Below are positions 43,410 to 56,960 of a DNA stretch of 64,000 bases, one piece after another; position 1 is the first letter of the stretch; the number at the start of each line of letters is the position of its first letter. The DNA is from the human T2T-CHM13v2.0 reference genome, Homo sapiens. The notes under the pieces are model-generated. The model was not told the DNA's origin. It saw only the letters and a program-made list of their open reading frames with translations, and searched no databases. The translations under genes and the position numbers were made by a program. The stretch lies in assembly GCF_009914755.1 (NCBI RefSeq), contig NC_060941.1; one strand, written 5' to 3'.

Positions 43410-44787
43410 GCCTGGCTGCCTTGCATGCACCAGGGGCTTTCTTCCTCCTAATCAACAACTCAGCACCGTGACTTCTGCTAAAATGCAAAATGAGATGCGG
43501 GCACTAACCCAGGGGATGCCACCTCTGCTGCTCCAGTCGTCTCTCTCGAGGCTACTTCTTTTGCTTTGTTTTAAAAACTGGCCCTCTGCCCTCTCCACGT
43601 GGCCTGCATATGCCCAAGTAACTGCTCTCAGAGGATCCCACTAACTGAGCTCCCTCCAAGGCAGTCTGGGCAGCTTCTAACTACCTTCCTGGACATGACT
43701 GATTGCTCCCGTGTTCTTCTGAGGGCTGGTCTTGTTTTTGTTTGGGTGGCTCTGTCTCACTGCTAACACCTTAGTGAGATGCCTTCCACCCTCCTGAGCA
43801 CACCAGCCTCCCACTGGGTGTGTGCCTAGTGCGGGGCGGGCGGAGGTTGGGAGGGTGTTGGCTTGGCTTTTAACCTGTGGGGATTTTGTCCAACAAGGAG
43901 TGGAATGATTTCAGAGCTGCCCTGAGGCTGGCACCCTGGTCACAGGAACCCTCTGCGCTGGCTCCTGTCTCAGTCCCCTCTGTAGAGTTAGATCAGAAGA
44001 CACAGAAAGTTCTGTGGCCATGAAAGATACCAGCTTGGAAGGGTTGTGTCTTCAGTGGCACCCTCAGAAAAATTGTCTTAAAGCAAAGAGGTACCTGGCT
44101 CCAGACAATTTTTCTGATGAAAACAAAGTCTCTGCCCCGTCCCCACCCTGCCACCCTGGCAAAGTTACTTCCTTTACAGCTGCCCAGTGTACCATAGACC
44201 AGACCCCAGGTCAGCATTTGTCAAGAGCATGGCTGCTGAGTCCCCTGTGGCAGTCAATGCACTGTTTACCAAATGCAGGTTTCTGTTCTCCCTCCCCAGC
44301 AAGACCTGCTGAACCCAGATCTCTGGAATGGGGCCCTAGGAATTTGCATTTCAACCTGCTTCCCAGGTGGCCCTGATGCACCCCAGTATTAGAGTTTATT
44401 GCTAAAAGGAACATGCCCTGTCACTCCTGGTATCCTGGGAGTCATGTTTCTCTTCTCTCTCAGTTCTACTTGGAGCAAGAGCTTTCCTGGGCTGCAAATG
44501 AGAAAACAATTCCTAGGAACCCACAGCAGTACTGAGCATGCTGGGAGCTTGGGACTTGGAGATGAATGAGCCACCGTTGCTGCTCCAAGTAGGACTACTT
44601 GGAGTGTAGCTGAGGCCTTGGACGCAGTATGACCAGGGGCAGCTCTGCCAGGGCTGTTGGCCAATCAGTCATTTTCATTTCTTGTTGGAGGCCAGGTCCT
44701 CTGCTGAACTCATTTCCTAGCTAGTGTTACCCTAATTCTGATGAAGATCAATGGGGCTATAATTCTTGTTTTTGTTCCTCTTTGCAG

Positions 44788-44866
44788 CATTAACAGCAGC
44801 AAAGTTGTACCCCGGTTTGAAAGGTTTGGCTTGGGCGTCCTGGAGTCCAGTAATCCAAAGATGTAG
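44788..44866 (+). CDS. KSR1: KSR1 alternative terminal acceptor, long C-terminus ([26 protein letters not shown])
   Basis: ttgcag|C ATT AAC...ATG TAG; resembles the recalled mouse KSR1 C-terminus. Confidence 0.9.
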
Positions 44867-45147
44867 CCAGCCATATGGTTTTTCGCTGCTGATCTCTTTC
44901 TTTTTAAAATGTGTTTCTGAAACATCCCAACAACCACCACGACAAAAAAACACTGCCTGCCCAGCGCTGCAAACCAGGAGCACACGTCCTAGATTCAGAC
45001 TGTTGGCCATAAACCCCACTCGGGAGATGGAGCTGCACCTGCTATTTCTTAAAATGACACCACCAACAACCAAACCTGTCATGACAGACAGCAAATGTTT
45101 ACACGTATATTTCTCCTGAGTGAACCTGATGTTTTACAATAGGTAAT

Positions 45148-45153
45148 AATAAA
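45148..45153 (+). terminator. Proximal polyadenylation signal AATAAA (KSR1 3'UTR)
   Basis: AATAAA about 280 nt after the 44866 stop. Confidence 0.55.
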
Positions 45154-47889
45154 AACAGTCTGTGCAGATGCACTGGCACTGACGGCCAGGATGGCGGAAA
45201 TGGCCATCCCCTCTGAGGACCTTGTAGGCGGTGAGGGACCCATGCTGGGCCAGAAGGAAGACAAACATGGTAATTGCAGCTGTTCTTGGGGTAGGGCGGG
45301 GAGCCCAGAAGGTCTGATCTGGCCTCTGCTTTTTGGCCCAAGACTCCATCAGGGAAATCTATCTAGGGCTCTCCCCTTGTCCTTTCAAAGGGATACTGCC
45401 CCTTCCTCGTCTTGCAGAGGAAACCCTGGCTAGGAACTGAGCTAGTTTATGGAGTCTGGAATTCCTGGAGAGCTTGGGTTCACCTTCTCACCCCTGTAAT
45501 CCAGGCTGCTCCTGCTGGAAAAGTAGAAACAGAATCCAAAAAAGGTCTGGACTCACCCGGTGGTTCCCAGCCAGGGTTTCTGCTGCAAGGTGAGGAAACA
45601 TCCATGGCTTGTACAGATGTGAGTCTTTGATGAAGCCCCCAGGCAGGCACCAAGGTGATGGGACTCAGGGCCTTGGCTTTTAGATACATCCCAGTCCCTG
45701 ACTGACATCTGACCATGAGGGCTGGATGGGTGGGAACAAGGAGGAGTAGATGGCAAAAGTACCTGAGCCCACTTCCCAGCCACAGGGTGACCCTGGCACT
45801 GTAAAAACCCTTTGTCAGTCATGCCAGAAGGTTCTAGAACTGCCCACCTCTTCCATTTCAGTCCTGCTGAAACCCCTTAGCCTATTTCCGACTCCTCTGT
45901 CCATGCTCTGAGTTCAGCTGGGCAGTGTGTGGGCTATCACCCCTTTCATTTAGACCTACCTAGCTGGCCCCCATCTGCAGAGCCTTCCTTAGCACCATTA
46001 GGCCTTCTACTTGTGTCCATTTGAAGCAGGAGGGGCTGGATTTGGAAAAGTCTTTGAAGTGAGAGCACCACGCTTGTCTTCGTTAGAAACTCTTAACTGC
46101 AGAAAAAAGTTCCAGATGGCAAGGGAGCCCTTAAGTGGAGATTAGGTTGCATTAGACTCCAAAACCAGAAAGGAAAAAGGGTGATGGGAGTGGAGACGTG
46201 ATTGGATTCAGGCCCAGAACCTGTGACCATGCTCTGAGCTCAGACTTGGGGAGGGAGGGGTGTGGCTCCCACCCCTTCCAGTTAAGACCTGCCTAGCAGA
46301 GCCCCAGTCTCCAGCCCCTTCCCTAGCACCAGAGTCTGGTCAAAATGCCACAGAAAATGAGCTGCTCTGCCAGCAAGCTGTGGAGCTGCCTCCTCTCCAG
46401 GCCTGGCATCCCTTGGTCAGCCCCTCCTGGGAGGGCACAGCCGTATTACAGTGCCAGTGTGCCTGGCCATCAGCATCTTCACCCTTCCCAGTCTGTGTGG
46501 GGAGGCTGTAAACCCCGTGGATTCAGCTCCGTGTGGAGTTTCTGTGCTATGGTGGGACTGCTCATTTTGCCCCATCATCCCTTTGGCCTCCCACACACCT
46601 GCCCCTTCCCAGGGATCACGTGTGTCTCCAGCCTTTCACCTTTCTATTGCAATGGTGGCCTTTGTCCAGGCAAGAGCAGGCCTGATGGATGTACTGGTGA
46701 GCCCCACAGTTGGATGTCAGCTCAGCCGTCCAACTGGGAGGAACAGTAGGCTCAGTTCCTCCCTGACCCCTGACACCAGGCCGCAGTGGGCATGCACAGG
46801 CCCACAGAAAGTCAGTCTGGGTTTTGCTTTTCTCGTGAGCATCACAGTTAAAGAAGCGCTCATTGAGCAACTACAGTGCACTTGGTCTTCTGCAAGTGCT
46901 GGGCACCTAGAGATAGGAACAGTCATGGTCCCTGCTCTTAAGGAACTGATGACCTGGTGGGGCCCTGTTGTCTTCAAGGAACCCAGAAGCCACTGGGCCC
47001 CAAAGGTGGAACTGAAGGACTGGGGGCAGCTGGCTCTCAGCCTGCCACCTCTGCACTGCCTGCCTTTAAAGAACCCCACCCCACCCCATGATGGCCCCCT
47101 CTGTTCCCCTTGTATTTCAGTGACTGTGAATTGAGGTTAGGAAGGCACACCTGCCCTTCTGTGTGCTCTCTCCACACGAAGGATGACAGATACTGTGAAT
47201 TCAGCCCTCACGGCCAACTGTGAAGGGGATGGAGAAGGCTGGGAGGGCTCAGGGAGAGCTCTTAGGGGCTGCGGAAGTCCCCACGGGGGTCTGAGAGTGG
47301 AGCCCAAGCTTTGGCCCTCCAGGCATCCCCAGTTTCCAGCCTCACCTCTGAAGCCCTGCTGCCTTTAACCACCAGAGCCGCAGCCCCCTGGGTTTCTGTC
47401 TAACTCGAAGTCTTGAATCCTAGCTAGTTTGGGGTTGTGAGCAGTGTGTAGCAAAGTTGATCTCTCCATGTCACCAAATCAAAACACCCTCTGTCATCCT
47501 ACGGCATTTCCTCTTGAGGTCACAGAGAGGAATGGCAAGCCCTGGAAACCTGTGTTATTCTGTGTTGATTTGGTGTGGGGGGAGGGTGGAGACGTAAATG
47601 TGAAGCCAGTTGGAGTTTGTGCTATGCAGCAGTGTTAGCCAGGATCTCATCAGCGTGCAAACCTAGCATCTTCTGTGGCCACAAGCCACACACTTGCTTT
47701 TTTTGAATGTGATGTAAAATTTGTACAGTAAAGTTTTTATATTTTCTATCAACTACATTTGTCTTCCAGACATGCTATTAATTTAAATTAAAATGGTTAG
47801 TATTAACAAACATGCTGTATCGGGTTTTTTTGCCACTGGCAAGAACATGCCCTCTGTGCTAAGCCAGGCCTGGGTGTCTGGAGTTTGTG

Positions 47890-47895
47890 AATAAA
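47890..47895 (+). terminator. Distal polyadenylation signal AATAAA (KSR1 long 3'UTR)
   Basis: AATAAA preceded by an AU-rich block (47700-47810, ATTAAA about 47787) and followed by GU-rich sequence. Confidence 0.7.
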
Positions 47896-48652
47896 GTTAT
47901 ACCAAGGTGTTCTGGGGCTTGTCTTTGCTTTGGTCAGTTCCAGCTGAGTCCTGGGGACCATTTGGATGGGTGGCATGGGAATGGATAGGTCTGGGGTGAC
48001 TGAACCCCTGGTCTATAGATTAAGGAGCTCCTTCCAAAGGAAGAAGTTATGCCAGGACCTCAGTGGCAGGTGTTTCTAAACAGATGGAGGAATGGAGAAG
48101 GCACAGCGTCAATGGCCCACAATGCGCAGAGGAAGATCATCCAGGCCCCAGCAGCAACAAAGCCATGAGCAGGCCCAGCATCTCCTGAGCTGGAGATGCC
48201 TTAGCCTTATGGAAGCCTTGGAGGGATGAGGTGGTGTTCATCTGAATCCAATATCTAGGAGCCCCTCATTGCCAGTTATATATACAGATAGGTGGAGAAG
48301 AGGTACTTTCTAAACACCATCTCACTTTAATCCTCACAAGGCCATGAGGTAAGAATTGTGATGTTTCAGCTGAGGAAAATGAGAAACGGAGAGGTTAAGG
48401 TATTCACCCAAGATCACACAGCTGCAGGGTGGCCAATCCAGGACTCAGGCCACAGCTTTCACTCCAGAATCTCTCCAGAAGTCTAGGAATTTGCTGGTCA
48501 GACATTTACTGAGCACCTACTATGTTCATAAGACAGTGCTAGGTTGTGGAGCATTTTCCAGGATAGGCCGCGTGGTAGGCCACACATTAAGTCTCAATAG
48601 ATTTAAACATAACATACAAAGCATCTTCTCCAACCACAATAGGATGAAGTTA

Positions 48653-48870
48653 GGCAGCGGCACTAGATTCTCATAGGGGCACAAACCCTATTGTGAACTA
48701 CACATGTGAAGGATCTAGGTTGTGCGCTCCTTAGGAGAATCTGAGTCTAATGCCTGATGATCTAAGGTGGAAAAGTTTCATCCTGAAATCATTGTATATC
48801 CCTTTCCATCCGTGAAAAATTGCCCTCCATGAAACTGGTCCCTGGTGCCAAAAAGTTTGGTGACTGCTGC
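48653..48870. mobile_element. MER1B-like hAT element adjoining an L1 ORF2 fragment (about 48548-48650)
   Basis: cactagattctcatagg...gaaactggtccctggtgccaaaaagtttgg. Confidence 0.65.
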
Positions 48871-50332
48871 CTTAAACTACTACTGGATTTACTGAGTGAG
48901 GCAAACCAAGTACTGTTTTGTCATAGTCTGTTTACAGGAGAGAGTTGCACTGTTAATTTGCCATTAGGAAGCAGTTAGAACCATATATCTGACTTTATGG
49001 AGGTAGAATACGCTCAAAGAGAATGTTCTCAGTGGGGGGGATGTGCATGCATGTTTTAGTGATTAATGTGGTTCAGTACGGCTGTACCAATACAATGAGG
49101 TTTCCAAAGGGAACTGGACAAGACGACCCAGGGCCCCCTGCATTGTACGACAGGACTCAGGTGTCTGCGGGCATCACTGACTGCCCTGCCGAGGCCCTCT
49201 GTGCTGGAGGTGTCACTGCAGATGGAAGGATTCCTTCTTGAGGAAGTCTACTACTGGCGAAGGTGAATGGGTCTGGGCGCAGGATCAGTGCAGTCCAGGA
49301 GTGACTCTAAAGGTGCTGGTGTGTGGGCACTACGTGCGGAGCTCAGCCCCAAGTCCTTTTCATGCATTAGCCCATTTAATCCCCACAGCATCTCTCTAAG
49401 GTTCACATTCATTTGCCTCATTTTATGGGTGAGGAAAGGAAGCTTGGAGAAATTAAGGAACTTATTGAAGATCACACAAGAATTAAATGACAGGGCCAAG
49501 ATTCAAACGTGGGCTATTTGTACTATCTATAGAATTGTATGTCTGGCCCACATTTTGTTGACCACTCATCCATTGATGGACATGCGTTGCTTTCACCTCT
49601 TGGCTTTTGTGAATGATGCTCCTACAAACATGGGTGTTCACATGTCTCTTTGAGTTCCTGTTTTTGGTTATTTGGGGGATATACCCAGAAGTGGAATTGC
49701 TGGATCATATAGTAATTCTATGTTGAGATTTTTGAGTAACAGCCATGCTGTTTTCACAGAGTTCCAGTTTACCCACAATCTAGCCAACAGTTGTTATTTC
49801 CTGGATTTTTTTTTTTTTTTTAATCACAGCCATCCTAATGAGTGTGAGGTGGCAGACTCACATTTTGAAAAGATCCCTCAGTCTACAGGGCAGAGAACAG
49901 AGCCTCCGAGACAGGTCTGCGACTTTGAATACTAGAGCTCTGAGAAGAAACATTCACGAGGGCTGCTTCTCATCTCCTGAAGACCAGGGTTAACCACTGC
50001 GAATGGATTGTGGTGACTGAAGGGTGCCGGCACTGTGCCTCAAAGTGTCTCCCTACTGTGTTGATTGGTCTAAAAACACATCAGCCTTTGGGTATGACCT
50101 TACTGGGGCCCCTCCAGGCAGGGTGTGGAGCAGAGGACCCTCCTTTATAGGCTGGACTCAATAGTGAGGCTGCTTACCTGTGACTCACCTCCAAGGCTCA
50201 AGGTGATGCTAAGGTGCTGATTTGCTAGAACTCTGAGCTGTGCCTGTGTCTCCTTGGGCTCTGGGAGATTTTTTCTTTTAGCAGTATTTTATGGAAATAT
50301 TGTCTAGGTAGAGTAAAATGTACAGATCCTGG

Positions 50333-51407
50333 TTTTCTGTTTTGAGTTTTGTTTTGAGACAGGGTCCTGCTCTGTCACCCAAGCTGGAGTGCAGCGGCAT
50401 GGTCATAGCTCACTGTGGCCTCAACCACCCAGGCTCAAGCAATCCTCCTGCCTCAGCCTTCCTGTAGCCAGGACTACAGGTGTGCACCACAATGCCCCAC
50501 TAATTTTTTTGATTTTTAGTAGAGACAAGGTCTCGCCATGCTGCCCAGGCTGGTCTCGAACTCCTGGGCTCAAGCAATCCTCCCGCCTCAGCCTCCCAAT
50601 GTGCTGAATTACAGGTGTCAGCCACTGCACCCAGCCTCAGCCTGTTGTTAATGGATGTAAATACCTGTGTGATCGCCACCCAGAACCAGATCCAGAACAT
50701 TTCCAGCCTCTCAAAGACTCCTTCCTGCCCCTCCCAGTCAGAGACCCCCAAGGGTGACGCCATTCTGGCCTGTTGTTCAACTTGACTTGAACAACACTTC
50801 AAGTCAAGTTTGGATCTGGCTTCTTCTGCTCAGTTGCGAGGCCCATTGATGTTTCCTGTGGCCTAGCTCCTTTTTATTGCCGAGGGCTACTCTGTTGTAT
50901 GAAAACCACAATTCATTTCTCCCTTCTCCTTTGGTGAACATTTGCACTGTTTCCAGCCTGGGGCAATGATGAGTAAAGCTGTTAAAAACAGGCACATATG
51001 TTTTCCTTTCTCTTGGGTAATTTTTTAGAAGTAGAAAAGCCAGAACATAGAAGTAGATATTTGACTGTATTACAACTCACCAAGCAGTTTTTCTTTTTAT
51101 TTTTTATTTTTCAATTTTTTGAGACAGAGTCTTGCTCTATTACCCAGGCTGGAGTGCAGTGGCGTGATGAGGGTTCACTACAGCCTTGACCTCCTGGGGT
51201 CAAGTGAGCCTCCCACCTCAGCCTCCCATGTAGCTGAGACCACAGGTGTGCACCACCACACCTGGCTAATTTGTTTGTTAAATTATATGTAGGGACAGGG
51301 TCTTCCAACCTTTCCCGAGCTGGTCTCAAGCTCCTGGGCTGAAGTGATCCTCCTGCCTCAGCCTCTCAAAGTGCTGGTATTATAGGCATAAGCCACCACG
51401 CCCTGCC
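50333..51407 (-). mobile_element. Two AluJ-type copies (about 50333-50636 and 51090-51407) within an old L1 fragment
   Basis: Reverse Alu consensus; L1M-like sequence between them. Confidence 0.8.
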
Positions 51408-52529
51408 CATTTTTCTAAGTTGGATTATTTTACACTCCAGTCTGCTGTGAATGAGAGTTCCAGTTGTTGCGTATCGCAATCAATTTGTGATTGCCTACAA
51501 ATGATGTGCCGTGATGAAATTGTCCCTGGTGTCCGAGAGGATCGCAAAGAATTTCCCTTCCTTTCTCTCCTTTCTGCTCCCCTTGTACTGTCTACTCCTT
51601 AAACTGGTACTTGATCCAGGAACATAATGGGGATGGACAGTGCAGATGGCACACATGGCCTCAGTCTATTGGAGCATCTCAAAGGAATTAGTCTGCAAAT
51701 TCTAGTGCATCTAGGTGGAGCACAGGAAGGAAGAGAGGTGCAGACTCACGTATGGCCCTGGGGCACCTGCCATCCTCTCGCACCCGTACAGCCCTTACCT
51801 GCCAGCACTTACCCTACCCAGCTTGAGTTCTGGGCCTTCTCACCAGCACATCGCTGGGACCTGGTCGACTTCAGGTAAGTTTATTTCATGGCTCCCTCCC
51901 CCACGACCTGCACATGCCATATGTTCCTTCCCAGCCCCATGTCACTTGAAATGTTCTATCATGTCCAAGACTTCTCTCCTCATCCTAAAGTGCAGAAAAT
52001 AAGGATGGAGAAGAGAAGGAGAAGAGAATCAAGAGAGATTCATTGAGAGGGAGGATCAGAAGCTCCTGGGCACCCCATACTGTAGAATAAAAATATTCAT
52101 TATGGTGTTTTTCTTGCAAAATATTCCCCTCTACATAATTATGTTTTTACATGAATAATATAAATTTAAACAGGAGAAATACTTTTTGAAGAGTCTGAGA
52201 ATCTTCATAAAGTTCAGGCGGCCACGAATTAGCTGTGTGACCTGGGGCATGCCCCTTAGACTCTGAGCCTCAGCTTCTCTGTATGTAAAATGGGTTGAAG
52301 CCGCCCTTCCCCACAAGCACCCTGTGCACAGGCAATGCCCAGCCCCATTATTTTCTGGACTCCGTGGCCAAGCATGCTTAGGACACACAGCCACATACTT
52401 CTGGGCAGTGTCATCTGGCAACTTGCTGTCATGTCAGTGTGGTCAAGCATTGTAGACCTCTATGAACCAAATATGCTTCAGGCTTGGGTTGAGCACAGGA
52501 GAGGGAGGAGGGAAAGGTCACTGGGGCTG

Positions 52530-52739
52530 GGAGTGCCTACTTCCCTCTGTGAGTGTCACCCCAGTCCACCCAGTACCATACCTTTCTCTCTCTGGACCCA
52601 CTTCCTTTTGCTGCCGGCTCCTCCCCATTGAATAACAGCCAAGTTGCTTTGGTTTCTATTTCTTTGTTAAGTCGTTCCCTCTACAAAGGACTTCCTAGTG
52701 GGTGTGAAAGGCAGCGGTGGCCACAGAGGCGGCGGAGAG
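52530..52739 (+). promoter_or_regulatory. LGALS9: LGALS9 TATA-less proximal promoter/5'UTR with ISRE (52651-52663) and ETS-type CTTCC sites
   Basis: GGTTTCTATTTCT fits ISRE GTTTCNNTTTC; ACTTCC motifs near 52539, 52600 and 52690. Confidence 0.7.
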
Positions 52740-52778
52740 ATGGCCTTCAGCGGTTCCCAGGCTCCCTACCTGAGTCCA
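52740..52778 (+). CDS. LGALS9: Galectin-9 exon 1 coding part (MAFSGSQAPYLSP)
   Basis: GAGATGG Kozak context, CCA|gtgagt donor. Confidence 0.96.
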
Positions 52779-55209
52779 GTGAGTTCCAGGGCTATGGGCA
52801 CAGGGCTGCCTCAGCCAGAGGGACACAGCTCTGGGGCTCTGAGGAAGCAACTCCTGGGTGGCAGGGGATGGGGGTGGGGGCATCCCAAAGAGAACACAAG
52901 CAGGGCAGAAATATCAGAGGAGGTCATCCTGGCACACCTGTGCCGTGCTGAGCTCACTCATGCCTGGAGGGATGCTCCTTCCCACGAGTCATGGCTTTGA
53001 CAGTGTTGACTGAGCTGTCCTGTCCTGTCCTGTCCTGTGTGCTCAGGGGAAGACATGTAGAGCGGGGTGGTTCATGTAAAGAGGAAGCAAGCACGCTTCT
53101 GGGACAGTAAGGACGCTACCCGGCATGGTAGTTAAGGGTGCTTACTGTGAAGGTGGCCTCCCTGGGTCCAGCTATTTACTGGCTGGTGGTCTCTGGGCCT
53201 CAGTTTCCATATCTGTGAAGTGGGAATAATACTTGAGCCCCCCACTCCCAGGGTTGGGATATGGATTAAGGAAGTAGTGTATCTAGTGTGTTTGAACAGT
53301 GCCTGACACACTGTAGGTGCTTTGGGAGTGTTTCATGTTATTGGGTGTCTGAGGGCAGCAGGGAAGACCTCCCGAGGAGGTGTCTGTGCTCTGAAGGTTG
53401 GGCATGGGCATGTTCAGGGCATCTGTGGAGGGGCAGTCTCAGAGGTGAGAGGGGGGTGAGGACTGTCCCTGCAGCGTGGGGTCAGAGGGCGGCAGGTGCC
53501 TTGCTGAAACCCTGTGAGGTTTATGAGTCCCCTTCATACACGGAAAATCTGAGGCTCAGGGAGGCAGAGGCCAGTTGCCAAATGCCTCCAGATGGGAGTG
53601 GCAGCCCCAGGAGCCCAGGAGACTTCAGGGGTCACTGTGTCCTGGGCCGGCTCCTGTCATAGGATCTCACCCCGCCTTGGCAAAGAGCTTCCCGAGGGGC
53701 TGGAGAGGGTGGGCTGATGGGTCCTTCCTGGGTGGGGAGGCAGGGTGGGGAGGGTGGGCAGAGGCAGGGTACTGAGGGAGGGAAGCTGCCATGGCCCACC
53801 TCAGCAGAGGCCAGGGTCGGGCTTGAGTGCCCCCTGGTGACACTGAGTCCAGAATGAGGCTGCCTACGTTCTGGTCTGCAGAGCTCGGCTCTGCTTTCTA
53901 AACTCCAGAGAGAAAGAATGGGGAAAGGAGGCCTGTTTCCTCCTGGCTGTCACCAATGACACCTCAGCCACCCTGTGGAGGCCCCTGAGGTAGGACCTGC
54001 ACAGAGGGGGCTGGGGGAAGCTGGAACAGGCCGCTGGTGGGGGCCTTAGGGTCAGCAGGTGCTGCCTTGGGCATGTCACCCTGTCTCTGGTTTTCTGTCA
54101 AAGAGGGGATCCCAGAGCTTCTTCCAGGTTCTGACATATTATTATTCTGGTGACTGGTTTTTACTTTCTAATCCTTGGATTCAGAAGGAAAATTATCCTA
54201 CGGACATCAGAGAGTTAAAACAGGGCCTTGGAGTCCAGACAAGAAAGATGATCAGTGCAGCCCCTATGGGTGTCCAGAGTACCCCTCTACCCCACGGGGG
54301 CTCCCCTGGGTTGGGACAATTAAGCCTCACTTGGTGACCCATCTGGCAGTCGGAGCCACGCTTCCTCCACATGCCGACAGTGGGGGAAGGTCACGCGGTT
54401 CGCTGTCCTGCTGAGGAGGGCTGAGTGCCATGAGGGCCTGGCTTGGAAACCTCACTCCCACTTCTTGTCTGGCCTCATCTAGCCCAGCCTCTTTGGAGGG
54501 CCTGGGGGAAGCTGGAACCACGTGCTGTGTGGTCCAGGAAGCACTGGGAGAGCCAGGAATAAGGATGTTCTCAGCTTACTCATGAGAGGAAGCCTGTGTG
54601 GTGGTTAGAAGCGTGGGTGCTGGGGTTCAAATCCCAGCTCTGTTGCTGACCAGTTGTGTAACTTTGAGCAAGTGACTGAACTTTTCTGTGCCTCAGTTTC
54701 CTCATCTGTAAAAGTGGCCGGGGTTGCTGTGAGGATAAATGTTCCTAGTCATGCCCAGAGCCCTCATGGACACACATGGATCCAAATGCCACAGCAGCCT
54801 TAGCTGGTCAACCTCAAAACAACACATTTGTTCTTACAGTGTTGGAGGTCAGAAGTCTAAAATCAAAGTGTCATGGAAGGTGGCCAGCAGGACCATGGAG
54901 CCTCTGAGGCAGCGGGGCACCTTGGCTAAGAGCCACGTACTGGCCTCCTGCTGGCACGCAGTCTTGGCCAGCCAGGCTGAGCTCCCCACTTCGGGGTCGG
55001 GCCTGGGTGTCCTCTGGTGATGCTGAGTCCAAAACAAGGCTGCCCACATTTTGGTTCACAGGGCTCAGCTCTGCTTTCTAGACTTCCAGATAAGAAGAGG
55101 AGGAAAAGTCCCCGGTCTCTGGGCACTATCAGGAACAGAGAGCAAGTCATGACTCAGCAGAGGGATCGATTTGTTCAATGCAAAGAGCTGCACTGTCATG
55201 TCTGACATG

Positions 55210-55310
55210 AGCCAGGGGCTCAGCACACGGAATCGCACCCAGTCCTCTCAGAACGCTGCCAGCCAGGGGCTCAGCACACAGCGTTGCACCCAGTCCTCTC
55301 CAGAACACTG
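55210..55310. repeat. Two-copy tandem repeat, about 51 bp
   Basis: agccaggggctcagcacac...gcacccagtcctctc.agaac repeated. Confidence 0.8.
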
Positions 55311-55539
55311 TCGGGTGGTGTTACTGTCCTGCCATTCAGAGGAGGGAACTGGGGCACAGGCAGGTCAAGTGACTTGGCCAGTGTCAGAATTGCTAGTGTA
55401 CAGAGCTGGGAGGCAAGCCCAGTCCCGTGGGACCATAAATCCAGTGTGAAAATCCATCCTCCTGCACCACATGGAACAAAAGCAGGTCCGGTTGTTTTCC
55501 TGGGTTTTCTGGACACACTTATCCAAATTCCACAGCAGC

Positions 55540-56300
55540 CTTGGCTGGCCAATCTTAAAACAACAAATTTGCTCTCTTAATGATTTTGAAGGTCAGATGT
55601 TAAAATCAATGTGTCAGCAAAGTTGTTTCCTTCTGGAGGCCCCAGGGGAAAATCTGTTTCTTTTCCTTTTCCATCTTCTAGAGGCTGCCTGCAGGCCTTG
55701 GCTTATGACCCCTCCTGCCATCTTTAAAACCAGCAGCTTTGGCTGGGCCCAGTGGCTCATGCCTATAATCCCAGCACTTTGAGAAGCCGAGGCAGGAGGA
55801 TCTCCTTAATCCAGGAGTTTGAGACCAGCCTGGGCCACAAAGTGAGACCACGTCTCTACAAAAAATAGACAAACATTAGCCAGGTGTGGTGGTGCATGCC
55901 TGTAGTCCTAGCTACCTGGGAGGCGGAGGTGGGAGGGTCACGTGAGCCTGAGGAAGTGGAGGCTACAGTGAGCTGAGATCGCGTCAACACACTCCAGCCT
56001 GGCTGACAGAATGAGATCCTGTCTCAAAAAAAACAAAAAACAAAAAACGAAAACAAACAAAAACCCCCCAAAAACGCAAACCAGCTTCTTCTTGCTTCTG
56101 TGCTTCTGTTGTCACATCTCCTACCTCTGACACTGATCCTCCTGCCTTCCTTTTATAGGATCCTTGTGATCACATTGGGACCACCTTTAAAATCAGGACA
56201 ATCTCCCCATGCCAAAATTACTAATTTAATCACATCTACAAAGTCCCTTCTACAACATATTCACAGTTTCCGGGGATTCGAATGTGGATGTTTCTGGGGG
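55540..56300. mobile_element. MLT1-type LTR interrupted by a + strand Alu (about 55741-56065)
   Basis: aaaacaacaaatttgctctctt...ttccttctggaggc...taatttaatcacatctacaaagtccc. Confidence 0.7.
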
Positions 56301-56642
56301 GTGGCCCACTGGTAACCAGTGTTATAAGTTTCTTATAAATCCTTCCAGATATATTTTATCTATAAATAAATAAATGCAAGTCCATAGACTTCCCCCACCC
56401 ACTTTTTATACAAATGGCATCATTCCATATCAGTGCTCAGAGTTCTGTCTTCCTCTTTTTCTTTTCTTTTTAAGGCTACACAGAACCTATTAAATGGAAA
56501 TACCCTAATTTATTTCACCTTTTTCCTGTCAGAGGACTTTTAAGCTCTTTCCAATGCTTTGCTTTATAATCCTTTGTGTTATAATGCTGCAATGAATAAC
56601 CTTGTTTGTAGGATGATATTCAATTTAAAAACTCATTTTTCA

Positions 56643-56916
56643 GGCCAGGCATGATGGTTCATGCCTGAAATCTTGGCCCTTTGGGAGGCCGAGCCGGAAG
56701 GATCACTTGAGCTAGCCCAGGCAACACATAGAGACCCCATCTTTACAAAAAATATTGTAAGATTAGTGGGACATGGTGGCCTGCACCTATTTTGTCCCAG
56801 CTATTCGGGAGGTTGAGGCGGGAGGATTACTTGAGCCAGGGGGTGGAGGCTGCAGTGAACCATGATCACAGCCCTCACTGAACTCCAGCCTGGGCAACAG
56901 AGTGAGAACCCATCTC

Positions 56917-56959
<43 letters not shown>
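56643..56959 (+). mobile_element. Alu with (TAAA)n microsatellite tail (56917-56959)
   Basis: Alu consensus, about 10 TAAA units. Confidence 0.9.

Positions 56960-56960
<1 letters not shown>

Noticed and set aside
43407-43644. Stop codon TAG could act as a second acceptor, giving a 77-aa extension
   Set aside because: The upstream AG (43401-02) directly follows the pyrimidine tract and should dominate; no supporting evidence in the sequence
46451-47134. 227-aa ORF in the KSR1 3'UTR
   Set aside because: GTG start, no recognisable homology, partly overlaps L2-like sequence
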